Below are positions 38,127 through 48,562 of a stretch of DNA of 64,000 nt, piece by piece. This stretch comes from Bdellovibrionales bacterium (lineage in GTDB: Bacteria; Bdellovibrionota; Bdellovibrionia; Bdellovibrionales; UBA1609). Below the pieces are notes generated by a model. It had not been told where the DNA came from, made no database searches, and saw nothing but the letters and a program-made list of their open reading frames with translations. The stretch is taken from contig CBDHDF010000006.1 of the NCBI GenBank assembly GCA_965261545.1, positions 1 through 64,000 of the forward strand. Reading direction: 5' to 3'. The position numbers were made by a program, and so were the translations under genes. Each line of letters opens with the position of its first letter. The first letter of the stretch is position 1.

Positions 38127-39722
38127 ATGTTTGAACTCGACGAAAGTAGCAATATAGGGGCGAATATCAAGGTGATCGGTGTTGGAGGAGGCGGTAACAA
38201 CGCTGTCCAAACGATGATTGACAGCGGTTTGGTTGGCGTTGATTTTATTGTCGCCAATACAGATCGACAAGCCTTGGAGGCCAATCAATCGAAAACAAAA
38301 ATCAACCTTGGAAGCGAATTGACAAAGGGACTTGGAGCAGGAGCCAATCCAGAAATTGGAAAAAGAGCCTCCATAGAGTCCTACAATGATATTACAGAAA
38401 GTCTTCAAGGCTCTGATATGGTTTTTGTCACCGCAGGTATGGGGGGTGGCACAGGCACGGGAGGAGCCCCCGTGGTTGCCAAGATTGCCAAAGAACTGGG
38501 CGCTCTCACCATTGGTGTGGTCACCCGCCCCTTTACCTTTGAAGGAAAAAAGAGGAAGCGTCATGCCGATGCTGGCATCCAAGAATTAAGAGAAAATGTC
38601 GACACATTGATTGTCATCCCCAACCAAAAGTTGCTTTCAGTTTCAGGCAAACAAACAGCTTTGCTTGAAACATTTAAAAAAGCCGATGAAGTTCTCCTCC
38701 AAGCTGTAAAAGGAATTTCTGATCTCATTAATATTCGAGGTCTTATCAACCTGGATTTTGCAGATATTCGAACCGTCATGGCTGCAAAAGGAATGGCCAT
38801 CATGGGCTCTGGGGTTGCCCAAGGCAGTGGGCGTGCTGTGGAAGCAGCCAGAGGAGCCATTTCCTCACCACTTTTAGAAAATATTGCCATTGAGGGAGCC
38901 ACCGGTATTGTCATCAACGTCACAGGTGGCTCCAACCTCACTCTTTGGGAGGTCAATGAAGCCTCATCTCTTGTGACCGAAGCGGCCCATGAAGAGGCTG
39001 AAATTATTTTCGGTGCTGTGATTGATGACACTATGACGGATGAAGTGCGTGTCACCGTCATTGCCACAGGTTTTGGAGATGAAAGTCAGAAAATGGTTTC
39101 CGATCAAATTGGTCGACTCCATACCCTTGCCCATGCCCAAGTAGACTCACTCAGTGGAAGAAGAAATATGGAGAGTCAAAGAGCCCTGCAAGGTAGCGCC
39201 CTTCAAAGCGCCCTGCAAAGTGGTTCTCTTCAAGGCAACTCCCTACAAAGTTCCCTAAATATAGATAGCTCCTCCACTTTTGAAAGAGAATCCATGAACA
39301 AGGAATCCACCAGTGGAGTGAATATAAGCCAGGAGACTATGACCAGGGAAGCCATAAACGGAGAAGCCATGGGCAAAATGAGCGACAAAATGAACTCCGA
39401 AATTGAAAAAATCTATTCTCTGAGCCCCCAAGAAGAAATCACACCTGAACCAGAAGAAAAGCCTCTCCCCAGAGACATCCTTCTTGCCAAAGCAAAGGCT
39501 TTTCGTCAGCAACATGGAGAAAAGCTATCAGAACAATCCGAGGAGAAGGCCCCAGCCATGGAGCAACTTCAAATGAATGTGGACACAGAAGATGACTCTC
39601 TCACCATAGCCCGTCAAGTGGCTCAAGATGTGGCCAGATCTTCTCTCGGCACAGATTCCCTAGATATTCCAACCTATCTCCGCAAAAGACAAAGCCAGGA
39701 TCACAATAAGCCAAGAAGTTGA
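38127..39722 (+). CDS. ftsZ: Cell division protein FtsZ with long linker
   Basis: GGGTGTG, NLDFAD, C-terminal LDIPTYLRK. Confidence 0.99.
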   Translation: MFELDESSNIGANIKVIGVGGGGNNAVQTMIDSGLVGVDFIVANTDRQALEANQSKTKINLGSELTKGLGAGANPEIGKRASIESYNDITESLQGSDMVFVTAGMGGGTGTGGAPVVAKIAKELGALTIGVVTRPFTFEGKKRKRHADAGIQELRENVDTLIVIPNQKLLSVSGKQTALLETFKKADEVLLQAVKGISDLINIRGLINLDFADIRTVMAAKGMAIMGSGVAQGSGRAVEAARGAISSPLLENIAIEGATGIVINVTGGSNLTLWEVNEASSLVTEAAHEEAEIIFGAVIDDTMTDEVRVTVIATGFGDESQKMVSDQIGRLHTLAHAQVDSLSGRRNMESQRALQGSALQSALQSGSLQGNSLQSSLNIDSSSTFERESMNKESTSGVNISQETMTREAINGEAMGKMSDKMNSEIEKIYSLSPQEEITPEPEEKPLPRDILLAKAKAFRQQHGEKLSEQSEEKAPAMEQLQMNVDTEDDSLTIARQVAQDVARSSLGTDSLDIPTYLRKRQSQDHNKPRS

Positions 39723-40462
39723 CCTCTCATTTCTTCAACGCCTGTTTTGTTTCTGATATACACATAGGTCTCACAATGGACTCAAGGAGGCGTTGCTTCC
39801 TTGAACTCCTGGACCTCTGGAGCCATGAGGAAAGTCTCACCCATCTCTTTATGGTCGGTGATATTTTTGATCTTTGGATTGGCGGGCACGATATCTTTAA
39901 AAAAGAATATGCCGCTCTTATCTCAGCCCTCCTTCGACTCCAAAAAACGGGAGTGGATGTCCACTACTTTGAGGGAAATCACGACTTCCACCTTTCATCT
40001 TTTTGGCAAGATGAACTGGGAATTCAAGTTCACACAGGACCTAAAACATTTCAGCTAGGCCGCTACAAGGTGAGAGTGGAACATGGGGATGAAATGGATC
40101 CCGATGATAAAGGCTATCTCTTTTTGCGATGGTTTTTAAGAACTCCCCTCGTAAAGTCTTTGCTCTGCCACGGTCCTGGCAAAGTGATTCAGGGCCTAGG
40201 AAGCTTGGCCAGTGCTCAAAGTCAAAAGCACAGCCACCGAAAGCAACCCCATGGGGAAGCAGAAATTCGTCAGAAATTTTATACCCACACCAAAAAGGTT
40301 TCAGCCTTAGAGCCCCTAGACTTTCTTATATCAGGCCACATACATACAAGACTCGACGAAACCATTGGCAAGACTCGCTCTCTCAACCTCGGAACATGGA
40401 CTCTTCAGCCCTGTTATTTTCAACTAAGCTCCACCAAGGCTGAATTTATAAATTTATTGTAA
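39719..40462 (+). CDS. lpxH: UDP-2,3-diacylglucosamine hydrolase-like metallophosphoesterase
   Basis: SDIH, GDIFD, EGNHD, EHGD, GHIH. Confidence 0.8.
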   Translation: MTSHFFNACFVSDIHIGLTMDSRRRCFLELLDLWSHEESLTHLFMVGDIFDLWIGGHDIFKKEYAALISALLRLQKTGVDVHYFEGNHDFHLSSFWQDELGIQVHTGPKTFQLGRYKVRVEHGDEMDPDDKGYLFLRWFLRTPLVKSLLCHGPGKVIQGLGSLASAQSQKHSHRKQPHGEAEIRQKFYTHTKKVSALEPLDFLISGHIHTRLDETIGKTRSLNLGTWTLQPCYFQLSSTKAEFINLL

Positions 40463-40535
40463 CTTCTCACATTCCACTAATTTCCAAGAAAATCTTGTGG
40501 ATTTACAGCTCGCGGCAGCTTTTAGGCAATCCCTA

Positions 40536-41474
40536 CTATGACTCACGGCCGCCATTTCCACCATGGCGGCCACTACTCTCGCCATTCTCACCACGTTCAG
40601 CCAAGGGAAACTCAGCCTGAAAACGATTTAATATATCCAAATAACTTTCTTTCACCCCCCCGAGGTCATGGCGAAAGCGGTCTTTATCTAATTTCTTCCC
40701 CGTTTTGATATCCCATAGCCTGCAACTGTCGGGAGAAATTTCATCGGCCAAAACAATATCCCCCTCCCCGCTCATCTCTTCCTTGAAGCCAAACTCCAAT
40801 TTAAAGTCAATAAGTTCTATGCCCAACTTCCAAAAGAGATCCTTTAAGTGAATATTGATCTCTAAGGCACGGTCCTTTAACATTTGCAAGTGGGAAGGGT
40901 GACGCACAACCTGAAGCATTAAAGCTTGCTCATCACTGACAAATGGATCCTCAAGCCGATCATCCTTGTAATAAAATTCCACCAATGGCTTTTTCAAAGG
41001 ACTTCCTTCTTCTCGACGAAACTTCCTGGACGTGGAACCCGCAAGGCGGTTTCTTACCACCACCTCAAGAGGGATGACCCCCACTCTCTGGCAAATCATC
41101 TCACAGACTCCCACATTTTGAATCCAGTGATTGGCGATAGATTTTTCTCGAAGATAGGCAAAAATAAAAGATGTTATCTGACGGTTAATAGCCCCCTTGC
41201 CATCAAAAGAACTGGCCTTTTTGGCGTTAAAGGCCGTAAGGCTATCTTTAAAATCCACCCACACCAAGTCTTCACAGCCAACCACAGTGTAAACCCGCTT
41301 TGCCTTTCCCTCGTGGAGAAGGTCTCCTTTTTTGAAAGCTCTTTCCCTTTCTAGGGGAGGCGAACCCAAGCCGTCAACTGCTTCTGAAGCTGCAACTACA
41401 CTCGCACCTACATCTAAATCTTCATCCTCGCTATCTTCCAAATAGCGAGAGCCTCTAATGTTCTTCATGGCCAT
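40536..41474 (-). CDS. purC: SAICAR synthetase
   Basis: EGKAKRVY, IPLEVVVRN, DFKLEFG, ADEISPDSCRLWD, DKDRFR. Confidence 0.97.
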   Translation of the reverse strand: MAMKNIRGSRYLEDSEDEDLDVGASVVAASEAVDGLGSPPLERERAFKKGDLLHEGKAKRVYTVVGCEDLVWVDFKDSLTAFNAKKASSFDGKGAINRQITSFIFAYLREKSIANHWIQNVGVCEMICQRVGVIPLEVVVRNRLAGSTSRKFRREEGSPLKKPLVEFYYKDDRLEDPFVSDEQALMLQVVRHPSHLQMLKDRALEINIHLKDLFWKLGIELIDFKLEFGFKEEMSGEGDIVLADEISPDSCRLWDIKTGKKLDKDRFRHDLGGVKESYLDILNRFQAEFPLAERGENGESSGRHGGNGGRES

Positions 41475-42051
41475 TTTTTTGCTCTTCTTGTAGCTCTTCC
41501 CGTGATTCTTCTTGTAACTCTACCTGTGAATCTTTTTGCAACTCTTCTTGTAGCTCCGCTTGCGGCTCTTCTTTTTTTTCTTCTTCCTGTTCTTTCTCCC
41601 CTGCTGCCAGTTGCTTGGCCGCTTTGTGCAAGCGACTAAGGAGAAGGCTACGTAATTCTCTTCTTACAATCAGATCATTGGCCACCAAACCCAAAAAACC
41701 AAAGGGCATCTCGTACTCCACACAATCCACCACCTTAGTGCCAACACCTCTGGGGTCATCTTCAAAGGAAATCTTGTGCTCCCAGTGAGAAAAAACTCCC
41801 TCCAACTGATGATAAATCACTTGGGTCCCTGCAATGACCTCAGAGACTTCCCAGTGAATTTCCTGGCTAATTCCAAAGCGAGTCATCACCAAAGCGTAGG
41901 TCGCCCCCTTTGCAAGCTCATCCTCACCATCCACCACTTCCACATCCACCACCTCCTCAAGAAGTAAAGGAAGTTGGTTGATGTTTGCCAGCAATTCAAA
42001 AGTCTTTTCCCTAGAATAGGGAATCACATATTCACACCTTACACGAGCCAT
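41455..42051 (-). CDS. SRPBCC/START-fold (polyketide cyclase-like) protein with acidic tail
   Basis: GVFSHWEH...GTKVVDCVEYEMPFGFLG; ATG 42051 after AAGGA (an upstream ATG at 42153 is possible). Confidence 0.8.
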   Translation of the reverse strand: MARVRCEYVIPYSREKTFELLANINQLPLLLEEVVDVEVVDGEDELAKGATYALVMTRFGISQEIHWEVSEVIAGTQVIYHQLEGVFSHWEHKISFEDDPRGVGTKVVDCVEYEMPFGFLGLVANDLIVRRELRSLLLSRLHKAAKQLAAGEKEQEEEKKEEPQAELQEELQKDSQVELQEESREELQEEQKNGHEEH

Positions 42052-42143
42052 AGTTTCCTTCTCTTCTCTTTGTGGATTCAATTTTGCAAGTTCAACTTGT
42101 AAGTTCCATTGGTAAGTTCCATTGGTGAGTTCAATTTGCGAAC

Positions 42144-43655
42144 TCAATCCCACCCCCGTTCACTTTCCCCCACGAGAACTCCATCCATCTTTGACGGCTG
42201 AGAATGGTCGTAACCAATAACTTTCATGGGTACAACTTGTCCCGGTGAGCACTGTTTATTTTTTTCCCAAGTCAAACGCCAATAATCTTCACTCAAACCC
42301 TGGTTCCCTCCCTTGAAAACCATCACTTGCTTCCTCTTCCCCACTTGTTCCAAAGCCTTTTTCGTATAGCGAAGACGACTTAACTCACGCAATTTCTTCG
42401 CCCTTTCCAATATCTCATGACGATGCAAAGCCCCCCCGATGCGATTGGCATAGACACCCGGTCGCGGGCTATAGGGAAAGACATGAATACGAGTCCATGG
42501 CAGAGATTCCATACGAGTGTAGGTTTCATAAAATTGCTCTTCGGTTTCCCCCGGAAAACCAACAATCATATCCATGCCCACAAATCCATGGGGCACTCGC
42601 TTTGCAATTTCATTTAAAGCCCACCCCACTTCTTCGTGACCATATTTTCTGCCCATGGACTGCAACACATCCGTTTGCGCACTTTGTAGACTTATATGAA
42701 AATGAGGGCATATTCTAGGGTTGGTATACAAAGCCAACAACTTCTCAGAAAGCTCAATGGGCTCCAAACTTGAAAGGCGAAAACGAGGCATAGAAGTTTG
42801 ATCTAAAAGCTCCTCCACAAGATTTTCTAGATGACGCCCTTGATCGTCCCTGTAATCACCAATATGAACCCCCGTCAACACGGTTTCACGAACTCCTTGA
42901 GCGTATAGTTCTTTCACCTTTCTTACGAGTGCACCCACATTCACACTGCGACTTTTACCTCTAGCAAAGGGAATCACACAAAAAGTACAAAAACTATTGC
43001 AACCATCTTGAATTTTAAGGAAGCTGCGAGTGTGTTCTCTCTCTTGACCACCACCTTCTTCTAAATCCTTTTTTTTGAAGATATTGGATTTAAAAACCCT
43101 CTCCTTGAGTTCCCCTTGCAAATAACTTTGAAGAATTTTTTCCAACTGTCCTTTGTGAGAATTGGCAACAATGAGATCAACAAGGGGCTCATTGATAAAA
43201 AAGTCTGTATCCACTTGGGCTGAACATCCTGTGACCAAAATAATGCTATGCGGGTCTTTGGCCTTTATTTTACGTATCCACCGGAGAGATTCCTTGGTGG
43301 CTTCCGCCGTCACCGCACAGGTATTTAAAATATGGATATGGATAGCTTGCCGTGAAGCAGAAGCAATAGAAACGGCAGAGGCAGCAGAAACGGAAGAAGC
43401 CACGGCAGAGGCAGCAGTATGTTGAGTCGAACCGCCGGTTGTGGGCTTGTGAACAAATTCAACCCTGGAAAGACGACTTTGCAAAAGACCAGAGTCATAG
43501 GTGTTCACCTTGCAGCCAAAGGTGTGAATGGAATAGTTCAGCCCCTCCCCTAAGGAGATTGAATTCAAAGAATTACTGGTATCCCTGACATCGTTGGCAT
43601 CGTTGGCATCGCTAGCACCCCTGGCATCGCTAGCATCACTGGTATCACGACTCAT
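42144..43655 (-). CDS. mtaB: tRNA t6A37 methylthiotransferase
   Basis: TFGCKVN, NTCAVT, TGCSAQ, KIQDGCNSFCTFC, HVFPYS; ATGA overlap with mnmA. Confidence 0.93.
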   Translation of the reverse strand: MSRDTSDASDARGASDANDANDVRDTSNSLNSISLGEGLNYSIHTFGCKVNTYDSGLLQSRLSRVEFVHKPTTGGSTQHTAASAVASSVSAASAVSIASASRQAIHIHILNTCAVTAEATKESLRWIRKIKAKDPHSIILVTGCSAQVDTDFFINEPLVDLIVANSHKGQLEKILQSYLQGELKERVFKSNIFKKKDLEEGGGQEREHTRSFLKIQDGCNSFCTFCVIPFARGKSRSVNVGALVRKVKELYAQGVRETVLTGVHIGDYRDDQGRHLENLVEELLDQTSMPRFRLSSLEPIELSEKLLALYTNPRICPHFHISLQSAQTDVLQSMGRKYGHEEVGWALNEIAKRVPHGFVGMDMIVGFPGETEEQFYETYTRMESLPWTRIHVFPYSPRPGVYANRIGGALHRHEILERAKKLRELSRLRYTKKALEQVGKRKQVMVFKGGNQGLSEDYWRLTWEKNKQCSPGQVVPMKVIGYDHSQPSKMDGVLVGESERGWD

Positions 43656-44746
43656 TGAATCCACCCTCCACCCACCAATTGTTGGCCACGGTAGAATACA
43701 GCCGCCTGGCCGGGGGTGATGGCTCTCTGGGGCTTGTCAAAATTAATATCCATGATATTGCCATCACGCCAACCCCAATGAGTGACCACAGTCCCTGAAT
43801 GCTGAAAACGGATCTTAACCTTTAGCGTTTCCCCCTCTTGAACTTCATCGAGCCAATTTAATTCTTTCACAAACATTTTATCACTGTAGAGGTGAGGCTC
43901 CTCACCAAGCCATACCGTATGGCTTTGGACATCAATGCGACATACATAAAGGGGTTTCGAGTGGGAAATGCCCAAGCCTTTTCTCTGCCCATAGGTAAAA
44001 TGATGAACACCTCCATGGTCACCTAAAACCTTCCCCGTGGGATAAAGTTTTAATTTCCCAGGCTTTAGCTGATCTTTGGAAACCTGCTTTTCAATAAATG
44101 AAGCATAACCTTCCTTGCCAATAAAGCAAATTCCCGTAGAATCTTTCTTTCTTGCCACAGCTAAGCCCCGATCTTCTGCATAATCACGCAAGTGAGGCTT
44201 TGTCCAACCCCCCACGGGAAAGAGCAAGTGGGGAATCACCCCATGATGAAGTATAAATAAAAAATAGGTTTGGTCTTTCCAATCATCACAACTTGTAAAA
44301 ATGGAATCTCTTTTTGTCACCTCACTCTTTTGAATCCTAGCGTAGTGACCCGTGGCCAAGTAATCACAACCCAATTTCTCCATGGTTCGAAAAAGGTGAT
44401 CAAATTTTAAATAAATATTGCAATTCACACAGGGAATCGGAGTTTGTCCCTTGAGGTAAGTGCTCACAAAGTCATCGATCACCTTTTCCTTAAACTTGGC
44501 CTCACAATTCATAACATAAAATGGAATGCCAAGGTGGTCAGCCACGGCCCTTGCATCATCCACATCAAGACTGGAGCAACAGGTTCCATTTCCCTCCTGA
44601 AGGCTACAGGAGTCTTGGCTATAGTCCCATACTTGCATGGTGACTCCCACCACATCATAACCCTGCTCCACCAAAAGGGAGGCTGCCACGGAACTATCCA
44701 CCCCACCACTCATGGCCACAAGCACACGGCCCTTAGACTTTTTCAC
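43652..44746 (-). CDS. mnmA: tRNA-specific 2-thiouridylase
   Basis: AMSGGVDS, PCVNCN, ATGHY, KDQTYFL, DSTGICF, TPGQAAV. Confidence 0.98.
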   Translation of the reverse strand: MKKSKGRVLVAMSGGVDSSVAASLLVEQGYDVVGVTMQVWDYSQDSCSLQEGNGTCCSSLDVDDARAVADHLGIPFYVMNCEAKFKEKVIDDFVSTYLKGQTPIPCVNCNIYLKFDHLFRTMEKLGCDYLATGHYARIQKSEVTKRDSIFTSCDDWKDQTYFLFILHHGVIPHLLFPVGGWTKPHLRDYAEDRGLAVARKKDSTGICFIGKEGYASFIEKQVSKDQLKPGKLKLYPTGKVLGDHGGVHHFTYGQRKGLGISHSKPLYVCRIDVQSHTVWLGEEPHLYSDKMFVKELNWLDEVQEGETLKVKIRFQHSGTVVTHWGWRDGNIMDINFDKPQRAITPGQAAVFYRGQQLVGGGWIQ

Positions 44747-44837
44747 AACAGCAACCTCAGACTTTTCACGGCAACAACCTCAACCTTTCCTGTTCGCTCC
44801 ACAATAGAGTTAAGTTTAATAGTAAACTCAAACGATC

Positions 44838-46151
44838 TCAATCTTGCCACGACAACGATCTCAATCTTGCCACGACCCCAACGAGAGTTTGAACAAATTC
44901 TTTTAAATCCTCCCTTGAAGTATTCCAGCCCAAACTCAAACGCAATGAAGATTGGGCCTCTCGACGGCTCAGCCCCATGGCCTGAAGCACGAGACTGGGC
45001 TCCATGCTCCCAGAGCTACAAGCAGCCCCCGTGCTCACCGCAAAGCCAGCCATATCTAAATTCATAAGAAGAATCTCACCATCCACCCCATCTATCACAA
45101 GATTCAAAGTGTTGGGAAGACGCTTTGCCTCCCTGCCAACCACATGGACGCCAGGGAGCTTCTGAAGAAGCTCTTCCTGGAGAAAGTTTCTCAACCCTTT
45201 CATACCCTGAGCTTTATCCACAATATCATGACCTTGAGCAAGCAGGGCACCAAAGCTTGCCACTGCAAGTAGGTTCTCCGTCCCTGCCCGTCGCCTCCGT
45301 TCCTGGGGACCACCGTGAATCAAGCTTGTCAATGGAATTCCCTTTTTCACATAGAGAACCCCACAGCCTTTGAGGGAGTAAAACTTATGGGCTGAAAAGC
45401 TACAAAGGTCCACATCCAAGTGGGAGGGATGAATCAACACCTTGCCTAGAGCTTGCACACCATCACAGTGGTACAAAGCCCCCACTTCATGGGCCATTTT
45501 AGCACATTTTTTCACGGGAAAAATACTCCCCGTTTCATTGTTGGCGAACATAATGGAGACAAGGGCTGTCTCGCAAGAAAGCCGACTTTGATAAAATTCC
45601 ATGTCGAGTTCTCCTGAGCGATGCACAGGAATCACATCGACCCTCGCCCCACAGGAGGCCAGATACTCCATGGTTTTAAGAACACTGGGGTGCTCCACAG
45701 CCGAGCAAATATAATGGTTCCGAGATGTCGCTCTCATCTTGTCAAAGACACCCTTAATTGCTAGGTTATTGGCCTCGCTTCCCCCACTGGTAAAAATGAT
45801 CTCCAGGGGGTGACAAAGAAGAAAATCCGCCACTCTTTGACGAGCGTCTCGCATAAGGACCTTGGAGCCTCTCCCAGACCAGTGAACCGAACTGGGGTTT
45901 CCCCACTCCTCCAACCACTCTACAATTTGAGGTTTGAGACTCTCATCAAGGGGAGTGGTCGCATTGTGATCCAAATAAACCCGGCCTTGTTGAAAACTCC
46001 CGCGAGGCTGGAGGCCCCATGGGTCTTGAGAATGAGAGCCATCATCAAGGTGGCCCTCTTGCTGAGGATAAGATTGAATTTGAGGCTGGGGCCTAAAAGC
46101 TGTTTTTGGCAATTCCGTAGTGTTATTGTAGTTATTTCTGTTGCTGTTCAT
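44838..46151 (-). CDS. iscS: Cysteine desulfurase (IscS/NifS group I)
   Basis: YLDHNATTP, FTSGGSEAN, SAHKFY, RAGTEN, STGAACSSG. Confidence 0.92.
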   Translation of the reverse strand: MNSNRNNYNNTTELPKTAFRPQPQIQSYPQQEGHLDDGSHSQDPWGLQPRGSFQQGRVYLDHNATTPLDESLKPQIVEWLEEWGNPSSVHWSGRGSKVLMRDARQRVADFLLCHPLEIIFTSGGSEANNLAIKGVFDKMRATSRNHYICSAVEHPSVLKTMEYLASCGARVDVIPVHRSGELDMEFYQSRLSCETALVSIMFANNETGSIFPVKKCAKMAHEVGALYHCDGVQALGKVLIHPSHLDVDLCSFSAHKFYSLKGCGVLYVKKGIPLTSLIHGGPQERRRRAGTENLLAVASFGALLAQGHDIVDKAQGMKGLRNFLQEELLQKLPGVHVVGREAKRLPNTLNLVIDGVDGEILLMNLDMAGFAVSTGAACSSGSMEPSLVLQAMGLSRREAQSSLRLSLGWNTSREDLKEFVQTLVGVVARLRSLSWQD

Positions 46152-46226
46152 GGCACAAAATTAATACAAAGCACAACGAAAGTCTATAAAACCCTTAGAA
46201 GTTCTTAATATTAGAAATTCTTAGCA

Positions 46227-47060
46227 TTAAAAGTTCTTAATAAATGAAAAGCCCACTGTGTTATCCCCGAGGCCCTTTTCCGTCATGGGATTTTTACGGT
46301 TGGTAAGGTTGACCCAAAGGCTGGTATTAAACCCATCAATTTTCCTATCTAAGGATAAGAGACTGTGGGTATAACTTGTCGAGCCCATACCTTCTTCATT
46401 GCCATAGGAGGCATACCCCAAGGCCACACCAAGACAGAGATCCTCTGGGAAGTCCCAAGCTTCAGGAAAGTAAAAACTTCTCTTAACTTCGTAATAACCA
46501 TAGGCGTTATCTCCCACAACAAAATAATCTTCTTCTTGAAGAATCTTAGCCTGAAAGCCCCATATGGAAAGATAAAGAGCATACTCCAAGCTATCTTGGG
46601 AACTGAGCGGACCTGAAGCCTCGTAGTCCCACTGGGAAACTTCAAATTTCAAGCTCATATCATCATGCTTCCAGCCCAAACCCACATAAGTGCGACCGTA
46701 ACGAGCGGCCTCATCGTGAGGGTAATAAAAATAAAGAGTCCCAACATAGGCTGACCAATGCTCACCAAAAAAATAGCTGTAGCTGGCATAAAGATCTGTT
46801 TCTAAACCTTTTCCATAGCCTTCTGGAGGACCCGCCAATGCGGCGGCACCAAAGTTCAACCCATAGTCAGTGGTAAAATCTAAACCCCCTTGAACCACAG
46901 GCTCATGGTTTGTAAAACTCATTCCTCGCCATATGTAGTCCGTCTTAGCACCAAAATGTCCTGAAAATTCAGCCGAAAAGGCTTGAGAATTCCCACCTAA
47001 AAATCCACCCCAAAAAATAAGTGCGACAAAAAGAAATAGATTTAAATAAGACTTTTTCAT
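46227..47060 (-). CDS. TorF/Gcw_chp family outer-membrane beta-barrel
   Basis: Signal peptide; TDYIWRGMSFT...PVVQGGLDF, ETDLYASY; C-terminal F. Confidence 0.8.
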   Translation of the reverse strand: MKKSYLNLFLFVALIFWGGFLGGNSQAFSAEFSGHFGAKTDYIWRGMSFTNHEPVVQGGLDFTTDYGLNFGAAALAGPPEGYGKGLETDLYASYSYFFGEHWSAYVGTLYFYYPHDEAARYGRTYVGLGWKHDDMSLKFEVSQWDYEASGPLSSQDSLEYALYLSIWGFQAKILQEEDYFVVGDNAYGYYEVKRSFYFPEAWDFPEDLCLGVALGYASYGNEEGMGSTSYTHSLLSLDRKIDGFNTSLWVNLTNRKNPMTEKGLGDNTVGFSFIKNF

Positions 47061-47220
47061 AATACCTCCTACATGCGTATATTGTTGTATATTTATGATA
47101 GTCTTTGAAATAGTTACGTATTTCTTTTAAAAAAACAAGCTTGTTCTATCTTCAGTTAATGCACAGAGCCTATTCTCTCGTTATTAACTCCCTTTGTTAG
47201 CTCCCTTTATATTAAACTGC

Positions 47221-48429
47221 CTAAATGATGGACTCCACAAATTCTTTGGAGTCAAAGGTCCTGAGGTCTTCGAGACCTTCTCCCACACCAATCATTTTTA
47301 TAGGAAGCTGTAACTCACAGGCCAGGCCCACAGCGACACCTCCCTTGGCCGAACCATCAAGCTTTGTAAGAATCGCTCCCGTCAAACCCATGGCTTCATT
47401 AAATGACCTGGCTTGAGCAAGAGCATTTTGACCTGAATTTGCATCAAGGACCACAAGCACCTCATGGGGGGCTTCAGGAAGAACCTTTTGAATCACTCTT
47501 TTCATCTTTTGAAGCTCTTGGACCAAGTGCTCTTGAGTGTGCAATCTTCCCGCTGTATCGACAATGACCACATCAAAACCTTTAGATTGAGCTGAGGTAC
47601 ACGCATCAAAAGCCACAGCACTGGGATCTTTCACCCCAGAGGGACTAAAAAGCTCCACTTGAGCCCGCTCACTCCAAACCTTTAATTGAGCATCCGCAGC
47701 AGCTCGAAATGTATCCCCTGCCACAACCATAACTTTCTTCCCACCTTGCACCACTTGGTGGGCAAGCTTTCCAATAGTGGTTGTTTTACCTACACCATTC
47801 ACACCCACAACCATCCACACATGAGGAGTCCTTGCTCCACTCTGAAGACGCAGAATTTGGGAAATATTATCCAGTTCTTGGTGGTTCAAAGATTGAAAGA
47901 TTAAAGCCATTTCCTCTTGCAAGGCTTTGCGAACCTTATCAATATTCGACTTCTCTGACTTAGTAAGGCTCTTCCCCACGGACTCAACAAGTCGCTGAAC
48001 GGTCCGGGGCCCCAGGTCACTGGTATAAAGAATTTCTTCCAAGGACTCCATATCATCCTCAGAAAGTGGCTTTTCTCCATCAATGACAGTTTTAATGCGC
48101 CCCCAAAGGTGAGTGCGTGTGCAAGAAAGGGCTTCCCTTAGATCTTTTTTATGAATCTCGGGGGCAGAAGTGGGCATTTGAATAGAGGTGGAGGTGGTCG
48201 TAGGGGTGGGGGGGAGAGAGGTCGGCGTTGAAGTTGAAGTGGTTGTGGAAGCAGAAGTCGATCCTGGGGGCGGTGGAGGTGGCAAAGAGTCCGAGTCTCT
48301 ATGCCCAGGGAATTTTTGATCTACCTCGTGGGTGCGAATATAATAGCGAATAAAATAATAAAGGGTCGTGGCCAGAAAGCCAAAGATAACAACACAACCT
48401 ATGATAATAAATGTTACATTTTCGTGCAT
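47221..48429 (-). CDS. ftsY: Signal recognition particle receptor FtsY with N-terminal TM helix
   Basis: GVNGVGKTTT, DTFRAAA, DTAGR, TKLDGSAKGG. Confidence 0.98.
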   Translation of the reverse strand: MHENVTFIIIGCVVIFGFLATTLYYFIRYYIRTHEVDQKFPGHRDSDSLPPPPPPGSTSASTTTSTSTPTSLPPTPTTTSTSIQMPTSAPEIHKKDLREALSCTRTHLWGRIKTVIDGEKPLSEDDMESLEEILYTSDLGPRTVQRLVESVGKSLTKSEKSNIDKVRKALQEEMALIFQSLNHQELDNISQILRLQSGARTPHVWMVVGVNGVGKTTTIGKLAHQVVQGGKKVMVVAGDTFRAAADAQLKVWSERAQVELFSPSGVKDPSAVAFDACTSAQSKGFDVVIVDTAGRLHTQEHLVQELQKMKRVIQKVLPEAPHEVLVVLDANSGQNALAQARSFNEAMGLTGAILTKLDGSAKGGVAVGLACELQLPIKMIGVGEGLEDLRTFDSKEFVESII

Positions 48430-48562
48430 CTTTTGTACCTTCTTCTTTTTACTTTATGACCTCATAATTAGACAGTCCGCGGTTCTCAGCAAACTCTCCA
48501 GCTCATAACTTCAGACTTTCCAACTCATAACTTCACACTTTCTAACTCATAACTTCCAACAA

